Of a stretch of DNA of 64,000 bases, positions 13,255 to 27,535 are shown piece after piece. Source of the stretch: Eledone cirrhosa (lineage: Eukaryota); NCBI GenBank assembly GCA_964016885.1, contig OZ024746.1, positions 11,160,001-11,224,000 of the forward strand, in the 5' to 3' direction. The notes below the pieces were generated by a model that searched no databases, had not been told where the DNA came from, and saw only the letters and a program-made list of their open reading frames with translations. The stretch's first letter is position 1. Each line of letters begins with the position of its first letter. A program made the translations under genes and the position numbers.

Positions 13255-13762
13255 GTGTGGCCATGTTACAGCAACCTTAAAAGCCGTGTGACAACACCAA
13301 ATACTACTGGTTGGGTTGACTAGTTGTGGCCATGTTTCAGCAACCTAGTTGACTAGCTGTGGCCATGTTACAGCAACCTCAAAAGCCGTATGAGAACACC
13401 AAATACTACTGGTTGGGTTGTCTAACTGTGGCCATGTTACAGCAACCTCAAAAGCCGTATGAGAACACCAAATACTACTGGTTGGGTGGACTAACTGTGG
13501 CCATGTTACAGCAACCTAGTTGACTAGCTATGACCATGTTACAGCAACCTAGTTGACTAGCTGTGGCCATGTTACAGCAACCTAGTTGATTAACTGTGGC
13601 CATGTTACAGCAACCTAGTTGGCTAGCTGTGACCATGTTACAGCAACTTAGTTGACTAGCTGTGGCCATGTTACAGCAACCTAGTTGGCTAGCTGTGGCC
13701 ATATCACAGCAACCTCAGAAGCCGTATCAGAACACCAAATACTACTGATTGGGTTGACTAAC
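13255..13762. repeat. Compound minisatellite (33-bp and ~69-bp units)
   Basis: ctgtggccatgttacagcaacctagttgactag alternating with a longer unit sharing the same first ~23 bp. Confidence 0.9.
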
Positions 13763-13894
13763 TGTATGTGTGTGTGTGAGTGCGTGTGTGTGAGTGTGTG
13801 TGAGAAAGTGTTTTTGTGAGTGTTTGTGTGAGAGAGAGTGTATGTATGTGTGTATGTGTGTGTGTGTGTGTGTGTATGTTTGTGAGAGAGAGTT

Positions 13895-13959
<65 letters not shown>

Positions 13960-14606
13960 TGTTGTTTGTTTAGAATACAGAACTTTGTTTTAATCTTATC
14001 TCCCATTGTTAGTTATCGATACTGATTACTCTCGTACAAGGATGTGCCCTGAGCTTTCATTCTCTGGTAATCTTTGAAGGATTGTTAATATATTGTAATT
14101 ATGTTGTGCGACCTAATTAAATAGTTGCTGAGATCTTTAGTGTTATATGTAGATTTATCACACTAGTCACACTAGTGTGTTGTCTTGTCCTATTGATATT
14201 TCAGCATCGTTTATTGTATCTATATATTGGATATAAATACAAGTAGCAGAGTCGTTAGAACGTAGGATAGAATGGTTTATGACATTCGTTCTGGTTCTCT
14301 GCTCTCTGAGTTCAAATCCCGCCGAGGTCTACTTTGCCTTTCATCCTTTCGAAGTCGATAAAAAAAGTACCAGTCTGGGATGGATTCTTCCTCTATATCT
14401 GTTTCTTATTTCCTCTCTCTCTCTGTTTCTATCTTTTTTCTGGAAGAAATCCGCTGTATTCAGGCCTGGGGAGAGATGGGCTCCAGTAGGCTTAAAATGC
14501 GGGAATTACGGGACCTAACATACATACATACATACATACACACATACACACGCGCACACACACACACACACACATACATACATACATACATACACACACA
14601 CGCACG

Positions 14607-14658
<52 letters not shown>

Positions 14659-14764
14659 TACATACATACATACATACATACATACATACATACATACATA
14701 CATACATACATACATACATACATACATACATACATACATACATACATACATACATACATACATA

Positions 14765-16072
14765 ACTCGAAAAATACTGAGCAACACGGGAAACTTCCAC
14801 ATCAACAGTGACATAGACCGCCTTTACTTGAAACGTAAGCAGGGAGGCAGAGGCCTAATATCAGTCCAGACAACATTTGAATGTCGCATCATATCTCTCC
14901 GACAACATCTACGAACCTCGAAGCGTAGGAGCCCGTTTCTCGAGCAAGTCTATCTGCATGTGATAATCAAAAACTCACACCCAGGGATGTATGTCGCTCA
15001 GCAGTATCGCAGTGAATCCATGGATGAAAACCTGCATGCCTATCAGCAAAAAATCATGCATGAATATGTTGCCAGGAAGCTCCAGAGTGAGAGTAATATA
15101 GATAAGGAAAGTAGTCTATCTTGGACCAACAACCGCTATATTGGCTCCCACTTTGAAGGATACGCTTTTGCAATCCAGGAACAGGAGATTAGCACGAAAT
15201 ACCTGATTCACAAAAGAGATAGGGATGCAGGCAAAACACCTAGATGTGATAACAAGTGCAGACTCTGCAGAACTAGCATCGAGGATATCACCCATGTCAT
15301 CAGCAGCTGTCCAAAGATGTCATCGCGGTACTATCTACCTATGAGGCATGATGTAGTGGCCAAAACACTGTACAATGCAGTTCGTAAAAAAGATAGCCCC
15401 GATAATAAACACATTAAAAGCTACAACAATGTGGAAGACATCCATGTACATAATATGAAAGAGTACTGGTGGAATGTTCCAGTAAAACCCCAATAAAATG
15501 CAGACATAACAGACCAGATATTATGATATGGCACAGGGAGAAGAAAACATGCACAGTAGTGGAAATTAGCTGCCCAGCAGATGCCAATATAATATTAAAG
15601 ATTAGTGAAAAGGAGAATATTTATGCAGAACTGATGAGAAATCTGCAGATACTCCACCCTGATTACACCTTCAGATTTATGCCTGCGATTATTGGGGCAC
15701 TGGGATATGTTAGTAACTGCCTCAATACAAATCTTGAGAAGCTAGGCTTCACAGGAACAGAAAGAACACAACTAGTTAGGAAATTACAAGTACAATCCAT
15801 TAATGAAACAGTAAAAATATGTAAAATATTCCAAAAATTTTGCATCAAATACACATGTACAAATACAAAGCATATGCACATGCACACATACAACTCAAAA
15901 CATACACATCCACACATACAATAACATCCATATCTACACATGCATGCATACATACATATCTACCTAGTTGATGTTGTGTAAATTCCAATGAGAGAGTCTT
16001 GTGTTTATGTTAGAAACCGACTCTCTCTCTATTGGTAAAACTTTGTGAAATTATAAAACCAGAAGAACATAA
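14765..16072 (+). mobile_element. 5'-truncated Dong/R4-clade non-LTR retrotransposon (RT C-terminus, CCHC finger, restriction-like endonuclease, 3' UTR); pseudogenised
   Basis: SDIDRLYLKRKQGGRGL, FAIQEQEI, CRLC..EDITHVISSC, RHD, HNRPDIMIW..VVEISCP..K..K..Y, IIGALG; frameshift at about 15487; (TACA)n on both sides. Confidence 0.9.
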
Positions 16073-16115
16073 TACATACATACATACATACATACATACA
16101 TACATACATACATAC

Positions 16116-16565
16116 ATGGTGGCTGCCAACTCGTTTTCGAGTACGGCCACTACTTTATATCCATATAGGAGAACCCCTACCGATGCGCTGAACGAGTGTG
16201 ACTTTTTAGTCCAGCCAGCGACTTGAAAACTCTGGTACAAACACTACACTTGTGACAAATATTGACACATAGTGCTGGGCTCATGGTACCATGTGACGAC
16301 AAGTGCAGAGAGATCTCCAGATATAAAGCAATGCATGTGCCGTGAAGCTTTTATAGTGAACAAAGGCACTGCACAAAGCCAGTCCCACTCTCTTAACCAA
16401 GATGATATTTACCAAAAAGAAGAACAAGTCAACATCATTGGATACCATCAGAGTTGCAGGTGTTATATCAGAGTTTTCCTTCTCCTAGAATTCTGCCTTG
16501 ACAAAGGCTAAAGGGTCATCTCTCCCAGTGATTTTGGATGGCCATTGACTCTTAAGAGCTCCTTT
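16116..16565 (-). mobile_element. Non-autonomous RTE-derived element, 5'-truncated
   Basis: Near-identical to 35434-35893 and 44962-45570; 3' stem-loop ctcg-aaaa-cgag and (ATGT)n tail. Confidence 0.75.
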
Positions 16566-18491
16566 ACATACATATATACATACATATACACATACATACA
16601 CATACACATACATACATACATACATACACATATACATACACATATACATACATATATATATACATACACACATACACATATACATACATACACATAGACA
16701 TACATACATACATACATACATACATACATACATACATACATACATACATACGTACATACATACATGCATACATGCATACATACATACATACATACATACA
16801 TACATACATACATACATACATACATACATACATACATACATACATACATACATACATACATACATTGGATGTAAGATTTTATGTATGCTATGACCTTTCT
16901 TACTTGAGTTGATTTGGTTGCACTCATCATATCAGAGACGCTGTGGTGTTGGAAATAACTCCGGTTTTTTTACACCTGTGACAGGAATGTCACGTATGAT
17001 GTTTTATTTCCATAAATGTATTTTTAGGCCGTTTATGTTGCAGTAAATATTTAAATTATTTGGTGTTAAATTTCTGCATTGTTTTTGGTGTGTGAAGAGT
17101 TGATACGAATTTAAGCGTAGCTGTATTTCTGGTTTATAGCGTTGTTGTTGTTGGTGTTGGTGGTGGTGGTGGTGGTGGTGGTGGTATTGGTGGTGATGTT
17201 GGTGGTGGTGGTGGTGGTATTGGTGGTGGTGGTGGTATTGGTGGTGATGTTGGTGGTGGTGGTGGTGGTGGTGGTGTTGGTGTTGGTGGTGTTGGTGGTG
17301 GTGTTGGTGGTGGTGGTGGTATTGGTGGTGGTGGTGGTGATGGTGGTGGTGTTGTTGGTGGTGGTGATGTTGTTTCTGTTGCTGTTGTTGTTGTCGTCGT
17401 TGTTGTTGTCGTTGTTGTCGTTGTTACTGTCGTTGTTGGTGTGCTCTATATCTATCTCTCCCATCTGTCTCTACATGTTATGTAGAGACAGATGGGAGAG
17501 ATAGATATAGAGAGGGAGAGAGATTGATGTTTATTGATATAGAGAGGGGGATTGGAAGAGAGTTCCATGTAGTAGATATAGAGAGGGGGAGAGATATAGA
17601 GGAGCTATTTGGAGAGAGTGTTGTATGGTTGATGTAGAGAGGGCGAGAGTTCGGTGCAAATAAATAGAGAGAGAATTGATAGAGATAGGTATTGATAGAT
17701 ATAGAGAGGGGGAGAGTTTGGTAGTGATGAATAGAGTGAGAGAGAATGAGAGAGAGTGTTTTATGGTAGATATAGAGAGGGGCATAGTTTGGTAGTGATG
17801 GATAAAGTGAGGGGGATTAGAAGAGAGTACCGTGTAGTAGATATATAGAGAGGGATAATGGAAGAGTTCCGTGTAGTAGATATAGAGAGGGCAAGAGTTT
17901 AGGTGTGATTGATATACAGAGGGGGATTGGGAGAGATTAGGGTAGCTATTTATAGAGAGTGAGAGAGTGTATTGTCATAGATATAGAGAGTGGTATAAGA
18001 GAGGCGGTGTCGTGGTAGATATAGAGAGAGGTACAGTTTGGTTCTAATAAATACAGAGAGGGGGATTAAAAGAGAGTTTTGTGTGATAAACATAGAGAGA
18101 TCAGTTTCTTACCAAATGTGAAGAAGCTCGATATATTAACACCTTAGGAAAGGGCACAGAGCATAATTTTTAAATTATATATATATAGTGGCATTTAAAC
18201 TGGCGAGGGCGGATCATGCCGCACATCCGTCCTCCAATAATTATTTTTTCTCCCACCGTCGTCATCCTTACCTCCCTTACAAGCAAGCAAGATGCCACTT
18301 CCAATAATTATATTTTCTCCCCAAACTAACAAAACACATCTATTTGGATATGCGCAACAATTTCTGTACATGTTATGTTTATCGCATATCGAAGTTTTCT
18401 GACCATTTTAGAGTGCAAAGAGCTAGACTAACCCCTACAACTAAATTGTCCAAATTTGCACAACACTCCACTTGAGAAATGGTTCCACCGC

Positions 18492-18539
<48 letters not shown>

Positions 18540-18542
<3 letters not shown>

Positions 18543-18907
18543 AGAGTATTGAAGTTTGCTTGAAGCATTGTGGAATAATAAGGTAAATTTCTTTAAGTCG
18601 TTTGGAAGCCTCGACAATGCAAATGGTTAAATCTCCGGGTAACAGGATCCGGTGGTGGAGAGAGAGATGTAAGTGGGTGTACGTTGAAATGCGTGGCGTG
18701 TATAAGACGTGTAGAGGAATGAAGGATAGAGCGTAAAGGATAAAAATAAAAATAACAACACGAGAAAGAGTTACCTTGGGAGAGATTTAATTGTCCCTAT
18801 ATATTTCGGATTCACATCCATCAACTGGGGATATTTTCCGGGGTGGGGAAAGGTTGTCTGTCGGAAAGGTGCGAAACGTGTCCTCCGCTGTTCGTTGTTT
18901 TGAATAT
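18540..18907 (-). mobile_element. Probable PLE pLTR remnant with degenerate hammerhead at 18792-18833
   Basis: Minus strand tccc-cagttga-t-ggat-gtga-atcc-GAAA-tata-TA-ggga; core mutated (CAGTTGA). Confidence 0.45.
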
Positions 18908-18936
18908 TATTATATATTATTATATATTATTATATA

Positions 18937-19595
18937 GGCGGTGGATTGGCAGTATCGGTATAGGTCGGACGTCATGCTTTGACGCATAGAGTTACGGCCC
19001 TTGCCATTCTGAGTTCAAATCCCGCCGAGGTTAACTTTGCCTTTCATCCTTACGGGGTCGATAAAATAAAGTACCAGTAATGCACTGGGTAATTGCTGGC
19101 CTTGTGCCAAAAGTAGAAACAATTATTATATATTATTATTAATAAAGATATTTATTAATTTAAGGACGGTGGATTGGCAGTATCGGTAGAGGGTCGGACG
19201 CCATGCTTTCCAGCATAGTTACATCCCTTTACGATCTGAGTTCAAATCCCGCCGAGGTTGACTTTGCCTTTCATCCTTACGGGGTCGATAAAATAAAGTA
19301 CCAGTAATGCACTGAGTAATTGCTGGCCTTGTGCCTAAAGTAGAGACAATTATTAATAAAGATATTCAAAACAACGAACAGCGGAGGATTGGCAGTATCG
19401 GTAGAGAGTCGGACACCATGCTTTGCAGCAGAGAGGTTCGGTCCTTTATGGTCTGAGTTCAAATCCCGCCAAGGTTTACTTTGTCTTTTATCCTTACGGG
19501 ATCGATAAAATAAAGTATCAATATCGTACTGGGGTCGATTTAATCGACTTTCCCCTCCCACCAAATTACTGGCCTTGTGCCTAAACTAGCAATCA
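18937..19595 (+). mobile_element. Three tandem family A SINEs
   Basis: Consensus repeated at about 18937, 19164 and 19386. Confidence 0.9.
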
Positions 19596-20026
19596 TTACT
19601 CTAGTGGAATTAAGTAATTCCTATTGTAAAAATGAAACTGGAGCGCGGTTTCACACGGTTGTGCTTTAGCTTCTGATATGTTGAGATTACCAGTTAGCTA
19701 AGCAACTAAATACTTATTGTTGTTTTTGACTGACTAACCATACAGGCTCATTTTAAGGGAAAGTGGATTAGGAAATTGTAACGGTCACTCTCCTCATGAT
19801 GATAATAATGGTAGAAATGAAATCAGAGGATTTTAACTGGGAATCGAAATTGCATCGTTAAATCGACTCGTCGAGAGTCCATTTATTTTACGACACTCTC
19901 TAATACTTATTTCGCGAGAAAGGTACATGATTATGTTCCGTAGAGGAATAGATTTTGTAGCTTTGGTCTTCTCCCATGAACATGAGGCAGGGTAAGGGAA
20001 AGGAAGCTGTATCGACTCGGAATTGA

Positions 20027-20107
20027 AACTGGGTCACTGTATCGACTCGGAATTAAAACTGGGTCACTGTATCGACTCGGAATTAAAACTGGGTCTCTGT
20101 ATCGACT
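20027..20107. repeat. About 2.7 copies of a 30-bp tandem repeat
   Basis: ctgtatcgactcggaatt(g/a)aaactgggtca. Confidence 0.85.
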
Positions 20108-20226
20108 GGCTACAAGTTTCTCTCTTGCTCTACAACTCGCATAATTAATCAACTAATTATAACAGATATATTATTACCTTCGTGTAATTACAAGTGAAAG
20201 AAAATAAATGAAAACACCTGCAGACA

Positions 20227-20257
<31 letters not shown>

Positions 20258-20275
20258 ATCTATCTCTCTCTCTCT

Positions 20276-20353
<78 letters not shown>

Positions 20354-20958
20354 TGTGTTCACAAGATGCTTGTTCCCACTGCCACTTTCTTGTCACAGCT
20401 TCTCTTCTATGGAAAGAAAAACCCTCCATTAACGTCATAACGACATTTTACAGTCAATCTAAGGTGGGTCTCTTTGAAGTTGTAATTGTTTCTCGGTGGA
20501 GGTTTAATTACAAAGCTGCTATATTAAAAGTAGTTTGAATAGATGACCCTGTTCTTATGTTTTCCTTGCTGAACGTGGGAATAAGTTTCAAATAATTATA
20601 TATATATACCTGTATCTGTTCACAATAAATATCTGTAGATCTGTGGTAAGTTGTCAGAAATAATAGAGCGTTGCGGTAAGTGTTTTAAGTTTTAGTTTTC
20701 TTATCTAGTGTTCTTCATTCATATATAGGTTAGAATAGTTCAATCCTATCTTTCCTGACAATACCCTAACAATCTATTAATGGTAATTCCATTCGTTTAA
20801 ACTTCTGCAACAATTCGGTGTATAAAAATACAAAATACGAGAACCTCGTTAAAGGCTTCACATATATTCTTTTCTTGAGCCAACAAAGGAACCTATTGAG
20901 CTAATGAGGGGCCTCTACGCTGTTGCTTGACATGTTACAATTAGCAGAAAAATCTCTC

Positions 20959-21397
20959 TTAATCCTCTAGCATTTAAACCGGCCATATCTGGCCAGAATT
21001 CTCTCCCCTCTTTCTGTTCAAACTGGCTGTAACTGGCCATCATACCAATGTTAAGGTATTGTTCCCAAAATAAGTAATATAAAAATCTCGTAGATTCAAT
21101 ATAATTGTTTCTACTTTTGGCGCAAGGCCAGCAAATACCCAGTGTATTACTGGTACTTTATTTTATCGACCCCGTCCGGATGAAAGTCAAAGTTAACCTC
21201 GGCGGGATTTGAACTCAGAATGGCAAGGGCCGTAACTCTATACGTCAAAGCATGGCGTCCGACCCTCTACCAATACTGCCAATCCACCGCCCTTAGATTC
21301 GTAGATTCAATATAATGTGAGATAATTATGTAAGATAAAGACTTTAACATGAAAATACAATAGTAAATATAAACTGATGTAAATGCTAAAGGGTTAA
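20959..21397 (+). mobile_element. piggyBac-type MITE (TTAA TSD) with a nested family A SINE at 21103-21292, inserted in an older (CAA)-tailed repeat
   Basis: TTAA-tcctctagcattta...taaatgctaaaggg-TTAA; internal sequence matches the reverse complement of 40756-41041; SINE TSD tcgtagattcaatataat. Confidence 0.8.
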
Positions 21398-22619
21398 ATC
21401 AAGATCACTCGTCTTAAAAATAGGGAAAAAAACAATTGGATAAATAAGTCCTAAATATAGTGTGTCAGAATAAAAATTGGGATGGTCACGGCTGGAATGC
21501 GTTTAATCATGTCTGCTCGATTGTGGTTGATCTGGTCCTAAACAACAACAACCACGTAGTCTTGTCTTATCATGGCTGATATAGGCTTTTATTCCTTCAG
21601 AGATTCGATGAAATAAGTACCAGTAATATAAATTGACATCCTTATCTTCTTACTATAGTTTTCCTTTTAAACAATTAAACTTGTAGGAAGTCAGACATAA
21701 TGAATTCTGACCAAGCGCTGTAGACGAATAATCTAAAGTTCCCCAACATGGTTTAAATATTCCCCTAGGTTCATAATGACACCGAAAATACTATTGTAGC
21801 CACAACATCCAATATTTCCTCTAAAAATATTCGTTATCTGAAAGGAGACTCAATTCTGAGCGATATTCTCTTTCGTTCTGATTATTTTCCATTGTCATAT
21901 AACGAGAGTGAAGGATGTGCAGAGTCATTAGAGCGTCTGACAAATGCTTAACTATATTTGTTCTGAGTTCAAATCCCACGAAGATCAACTTTGTCTTTTA
22001 TCTTTCTGTCTTCGATATACTGGTGTTAATGCAATAAATTAAGGTGACCAATTGCCAGAGTCGTTCCGGCTCTCTGCTCTCTCAGTTCAAATCTCACCGA
22101 GGTCAACTTTGTCCTTCATATTTTTGTGGTCGATATATATCATCTCATAGATTCCACACTGAAAGGGTTTGGATAAGATTTTAATCGTTTAGTGGAAGGT
22201 GTGAACGTCAGGACATCTCAGATGTTAGAATTATGAAGCAATCGTATCTGAGTATATTTATTTGCGTGCAAAACCTCCCCAAATTTCCCATGGATAGGTT
22301 ATATGTTTGTATGGACCTGATGAAGTATCTGGGATGCCATATTCTCGTACGACGTTTCTTGGGCATCTTTAAACTTGGTGGGGTCCTTCTCCTCCTCTCA
22401 AGGTCTGAACACAGCAGATTTCTTCCAGGGAAGGATAGAAATTGAGAGAAAGGACGTGAAAAGAGAGTTATAGAAAAAGAATTGAACCCAGTACAACACT
22501 GGTACATTTTCTATCCGACGATTTCCGCCTTCATTGATAGATTACTATTCATATAAAGCAAAAGAATTAAAGTACAAGAAAAAAACTGACAATGATAGTC
22601 TTCAACTGCCTTTACACTT

Positions 22620-23262
22620 CTCTTCAACTGTCATCCACTGCTATTCAACTGTCATCCACTGCTATTCAACTCTCCATTCACTGCTATTCAACTGTCGTCC
22701 ACTGCTGTGTAACTGTCCATCCACTGCTATTCAACTGTCCATCCACTGCTATGTTACTGTCCATCCACTTCTATTCAACTCTCCATCCACTGCTATTCAA
22801 CTGTCCATCCACTGCTATTCAACTGTCATCCACTGCTATTCAACTGTCCAACCACTGCTATTCAACTGTTATCCACTGCTATTCAACTGTCCATCCACTG
22901 TTATTCAACTGTCCATCCACTGCTATTCAACTCTCCGTCCACTGCTATTCAACTCTCCATCCACTGCTATTCAACTGTCATCCACTGCTATTCAACTCTC
23001 CATCCACTGCTATTCAACTCTCCATCCACTGCTATTCAACTGTCATCCACTGCTATTCAACTCTCCATCCACTGCTATTCAACTCTCCATCCACTGCTAT
23101 TCAACTGTCCATCCACTGATATTCAACTCTCCATCCACTGACATTCAACTCTCCATCCACTGCTATTCAACTCTCCATCCACTGATATTCAACTCTCCAT
23201 CCACTGCTATTCAACTGTCCATCCACTGATATTCAACTCTCCATCCACTGCTATTCAACTGC
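22620..23262. repeat. 22-23-bp minisatellite
   Basis: tccactgctattcaact(g/c)t(c)ca repeated about 28 times. Confidence 0.95.
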
Positions 23263-23887
23263 TCCTCCTCTTCTAATCAACTGCTCGTCCAACCCCTTCT
23301 ATTCAACTTTTCGTTCAACTCATCTATTTGAGTTAAACTTATTTTTCCATTTTTTTCTTTTTCTTCCACTTCCCCTTCGTCTCCGACTTCTGTTCCTTTG
23401 TTCATGGCAACAAGATATGACAGTGAGGTCATGAGGACTCGAGAGTTCCCTGTTCCCGCTCCTCCCTACTTTATCTCAGCGGAAGTTTATTTGTTATCTT
23501 TGAAAAGGAATAACAAAATAACCTCCCACACAATTCTAATACAACAAACGAGAAACCCTTCCTGTGGAGCGGCTTGACCCTGAAAAAAGAAGAAGAAAAG
23601 AAAAAAGCAACTTAATTAAACTCGTTAATATTGACAAAGGGAGTAAGAGACGAAGGGTAAGAGATGAAGGGTAAGAGATGAAGGGTAAGAGGCGAGAGGT
23701 GAGAGACGAGAGGTGAGAGACGAAAGGTGATGTGTTTAAGGTATTCAGGAATCTATTTCTGACAAATGTGCTTTTGACACATGAATGACAATTTAATGAA
23801 CTTTTATTTGATATCAAAATGACTTATGAGCTGCGAACCTTAAGTGCATTAAAGGACCTCAAGGGGGGTTTATTTATTCATCTATAA

Positions 23888-24080
23888 TGGTTTCTGATTT
23901 AGGCACAACGCTAACAATTAAATCGACTCCAGTGCGTTACTGGTACTTTATTTTATCGCCCACGTCAGGATGAAAGGCAAAGCTAACCTCGGCGGGATTT
24001 CAACTCAGAGCGTAAAGGGACGTAACTATATGCCACAAAGCATGTCCGACGCTCTACCGATTACTGCCATTCCACCGCCC
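23888..24080 (-). mobile_element. Family A SINE with TSD ttatttattcatctataat
   Basis: Reverse-complement consensus; direct repeats at about 23870 and 24081. Confidence 0.85.
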
Positions 24081-24745
24081 TTATTTATTCATCTATAATA
24101 AATATTACCAGTATTGGTAGAGTGTTGGACAACATTCTTTGCGGCACAGAGTTACGTTAAACTAAACCCTGAATTAATTTACCTTTCTTCTCACCCACTT
24201 CTGGAGTACTTTACTAGAGTTAGACGACCTTAAGCCAAACCCTGAATTAATTTACCCTTCTTCTCAATGTGATCGTCCGTATCACCACTAGGTTTTCACC
24301 TATGGACTCGTTCACTTTAGCGCCACTTCATTATAAACAGCTAATAATCTCATGTTACCTGAACATAACAAAGTTATTTTGTCACCTTGTCAGTAATCTA
24401 ATCTATTTACAATGTAATTCAATTCTAGTTAACTTATTTCATTTTAATTATTTTTTAAGCTACGTGTTGTTCTGCTCCAGGTGTTTCAGATGTCATGAGA
24501 CACAACCTCTTACCATAAACGATTAACCTCTTATAAACATTAATTCCTTTACAGTAACAGAAATACACAAGAAAATCGACGAGCAATTGCTAATTATTTA
24601 CCTGTGAACTACGAGATTTGACCATTACACGAGACGCGTGGACAATTCCATGATTTTAGCTCCAAAGAGAGATCGACCTTTACACGAAGTCGACTTTTAT
24701 GGGAGAATATATTATATATAAAAACGGGAGAACATATATATATAT

Positions 24746-24965
24746 GTCTTCTTCTTCAACTTTGCCCACTTATTCCTGAGAGGGTCGTGGGGGCAGAATC
24801 CTCAAACACTCCTTCCTCACAGAAGCAACCGTCTCCAACTGATCCGGCTGGATCTCCAAACGTGACCAGCCAATTTTATAGATGTCATCCAGCCATCTTG
24901 ATCGGGGTAGGTCTACCACTGGGTCTCCTGCCGGCTGGTTTTTGCCCATAAAATCTGTCCAGTGA
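24746..24965 (-). mobile_element. RTE-clade (Rex3/Expander-like) LINE 3' end with (GAA)n tail; second copy at 39050-39215
   Basis: GRRPSGRP..RWLDDIYKIGWSRLEIQPDQLETVAS..CLRILPPRPSQE*. Confidence 0.75.
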
Positions 24966-25211
24966 TATATATGTCAATATGAATATATGTATATACTATT
25001 ATCAGACTGCAGCCATGTTGGAACAGCGTCTTGGATTTGTTTTGTCGACTAAAGTACTTATTTCAACCTGCTGTTTATTTCATCGATCTTTATTTATTGA
25101 ACAGTTACTGTTCGCTAAATAATCAATAAAATACAAGTTACTGTTTTAGAATAGAGAGACGCAACTAGACACCTGTTTACACCAGTAAACACAACCAAGG
25201 ACGCGGACACA

Positions 25212-25248
<37 letters not shown>

Positions 25249-25271
25249 GGGGGGGGGGAGAAAGAGAGAAA

Positions 25272-25322
<51 letters not shown>

Positions 25323-25392
25323 TATGGGGGGGGGGAGAAAGAGAGAAATGATAGATATATATATATATATAGATATATATATATGTATATAT

Positions 25393-25606
25393 AACAAAGG
25401 AATTGTGGTAAGGAACCAGATGGACCATAACGTACCAGAGTACTCAATACTTAGGGTAGTAGAGTGGGAAATAGGAAAAAGTATGACCCCCGACGGCAGA
25501 ACTCAGGCCGTTGGGGTCATACGACGGCTATTTCTGGACTGAAATATCAGTCCAGAAATAGCCGTCGAAACGGCTTGAGCTCTGCTGTCGGGGTCATACC
25601 TTTTCC

Positions 25607-25609
<3 letters not shown>
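25393..25609 (-). mobile_element. Arm-plus-palindrome element, family H1, copy A
   Basis: ~78-bp unique arm shared with 56853, 60704 and 63549; palindrome 25471-25609. Confidence 0.8.
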
Positions 25610-25644
<35 letters not shown>

Positions 25645-26050
25645 CGTGAAACTAATACGACATTGTGCTTTTGCATTTCTATGTTTGTCTACGTGTATGT
25701 AGTGGATCTCACGGACATTTACGAAGCGCTGAGGGGATAAAGTTGATATAAAGAGTGGTGTGCACATGCGCAGATGTGCTATAAAACCCTTAAAGCTGGA
25801 AAAAGAAGTTTTCATCATTCGCTACGAGGATTCGAACCCCGTATGTCCTCAGTATTGGCTAGACGTTTTGAACTATTAGGTGGTATTTAGGAGATACGGA
25901 ACTCAATTCCTTGGCCGATGGCAACTTCTTTTTCCGTCTCTAATTGTGTTCGCCTTATTTTACAAGCTGTTTTATAGCGTCTCTGCGCATGACACACGAC
26001 TCTTTATTTCAACCCGCCCGTCCCTTCAATCTACCTTATTTCTCATTATT

Positions 26051-26086
26051 TCTTCTGATGAAGGACTAGCGTCCGAAACGTTAAGG
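26051..26086 (+). ncRNA. Minimal hammerhead ribozyme; degenerate tandem copy at about 26268-26303
   Basis: tctt-CTGATGA-a-ggac-tagc-gtcc-GAAA-cg-TT-aagg; both copies share the downstream flank tatatcaagcgtt. Confidence 0.75.
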
Positions 26087-26395
26087 CCCTCTTCCTGCTA
26101 TATCAAGCGTTAACCTAATATATCCCTTCCATATACTGTACCGATTGTGTTGTTATTTCTGTTTACCTTTTACATACATATATATATATATATATATATA
26201 ACTGTTTTCCGTCTTCTTTTTTTTACTCGCATCTATCCTCCTATTTCTTCTTTTATTTCTCATACTATCTTCCGATGAAGGACTGATGCCTGAAACATTA
26301 ATGAACTTTTCTTATATCAAGCGTTCAACTGATATATATCAACATTGTACTGGTCCCCCTGTGTTATTTTTCCGAGCAGACTCTTCGTGAACACA

Positions 26396-26481
<86 letters not shown>

Positions 26482-26674
26482 CCTTCAATCAATTACAAGC
26501 ATTATTTACATGGCAGTTAAGGACAATTCTTCCAATATCAGTAACAATGATATGTTCGCTGACGAACATGTTAGAACAAAACCTGGACAAGAATTTCTCT
26601 GTTTATTATACTATATACAACTTCACTGTGAATGTAGCGTGTGTATCTGTATATACACCCGAGCACAAATATTC

Positions 26675-26765
<91 letters not shown>

Positions 26766-26889
26766 CGTGTGTGAGTGAGTGCCGGGTTCAAACGGAGGTA
26801 ACCACAGTTAGTAAGGTACTCAATACATTAGTAGAGTGTAAACATCATGTTTAATATAGAAATGGCTTCTACAGTTGGCTTTCCTGATG

Positions 26890-27535
26890 ATTTCTAATGT
26901 AGGCACAAGGTCAGCAATTTGTGGGATTATACTTGTATAATTATACTAGTATAATACTAGTTACTATAAGTTGATTATACTAACCCCAGTAACTCGTACT
27001 CTATTTTATCGACCTCGAAGAGATTAAATGCAAAGTTGACATCGCAAGGTTTGAACTCAGAAAATCCTAATTAAAAACCGCCAAGCATTTTGTCCGGCGC
27101 TCTACCGATACAGCCAATCCACAGCACATAGCCTAGCAAATAATTGTTTCTACTTTTTGCACAAGACCAGCAATTATCCCAGTGCATTACTGGTACTTTA
27201 TTTTATCGACCCCGTTAGGATTAAAGGCAAAGCTAACTTCGGCGGGATTTGAACTCAGAACGTAAAGGGCCATAACTCTATGCTGCAAAGCAGGATGTCC
27301 GGCGCTCTACCGATATTGACAATCTACCGCCCATAGCTTTGCAAATAATTGTTTCTACTTTTGGCACAAGGCCAGCAATTATCCCAGTGTATTACTGGTA
27401 CTTTATTTTATCGACCCCGTAAGGATGAAAGGTAAAGCTAACTTCGGCGGGATTTGAACTCGGACCGTAAAGGGCCGTAACTCTATGCTGCAAAGCAGGG
27501 TATCCGGCGCTCCACCGATACTGTCAATCCACCAC
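26890..27535 (-). mobile_element. Three tandem family A-type SINEs
   Basis: Reverse-complement consensus at about 26890-27122, 27140-27332 and 27345-27535. Confidence 0.85.
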
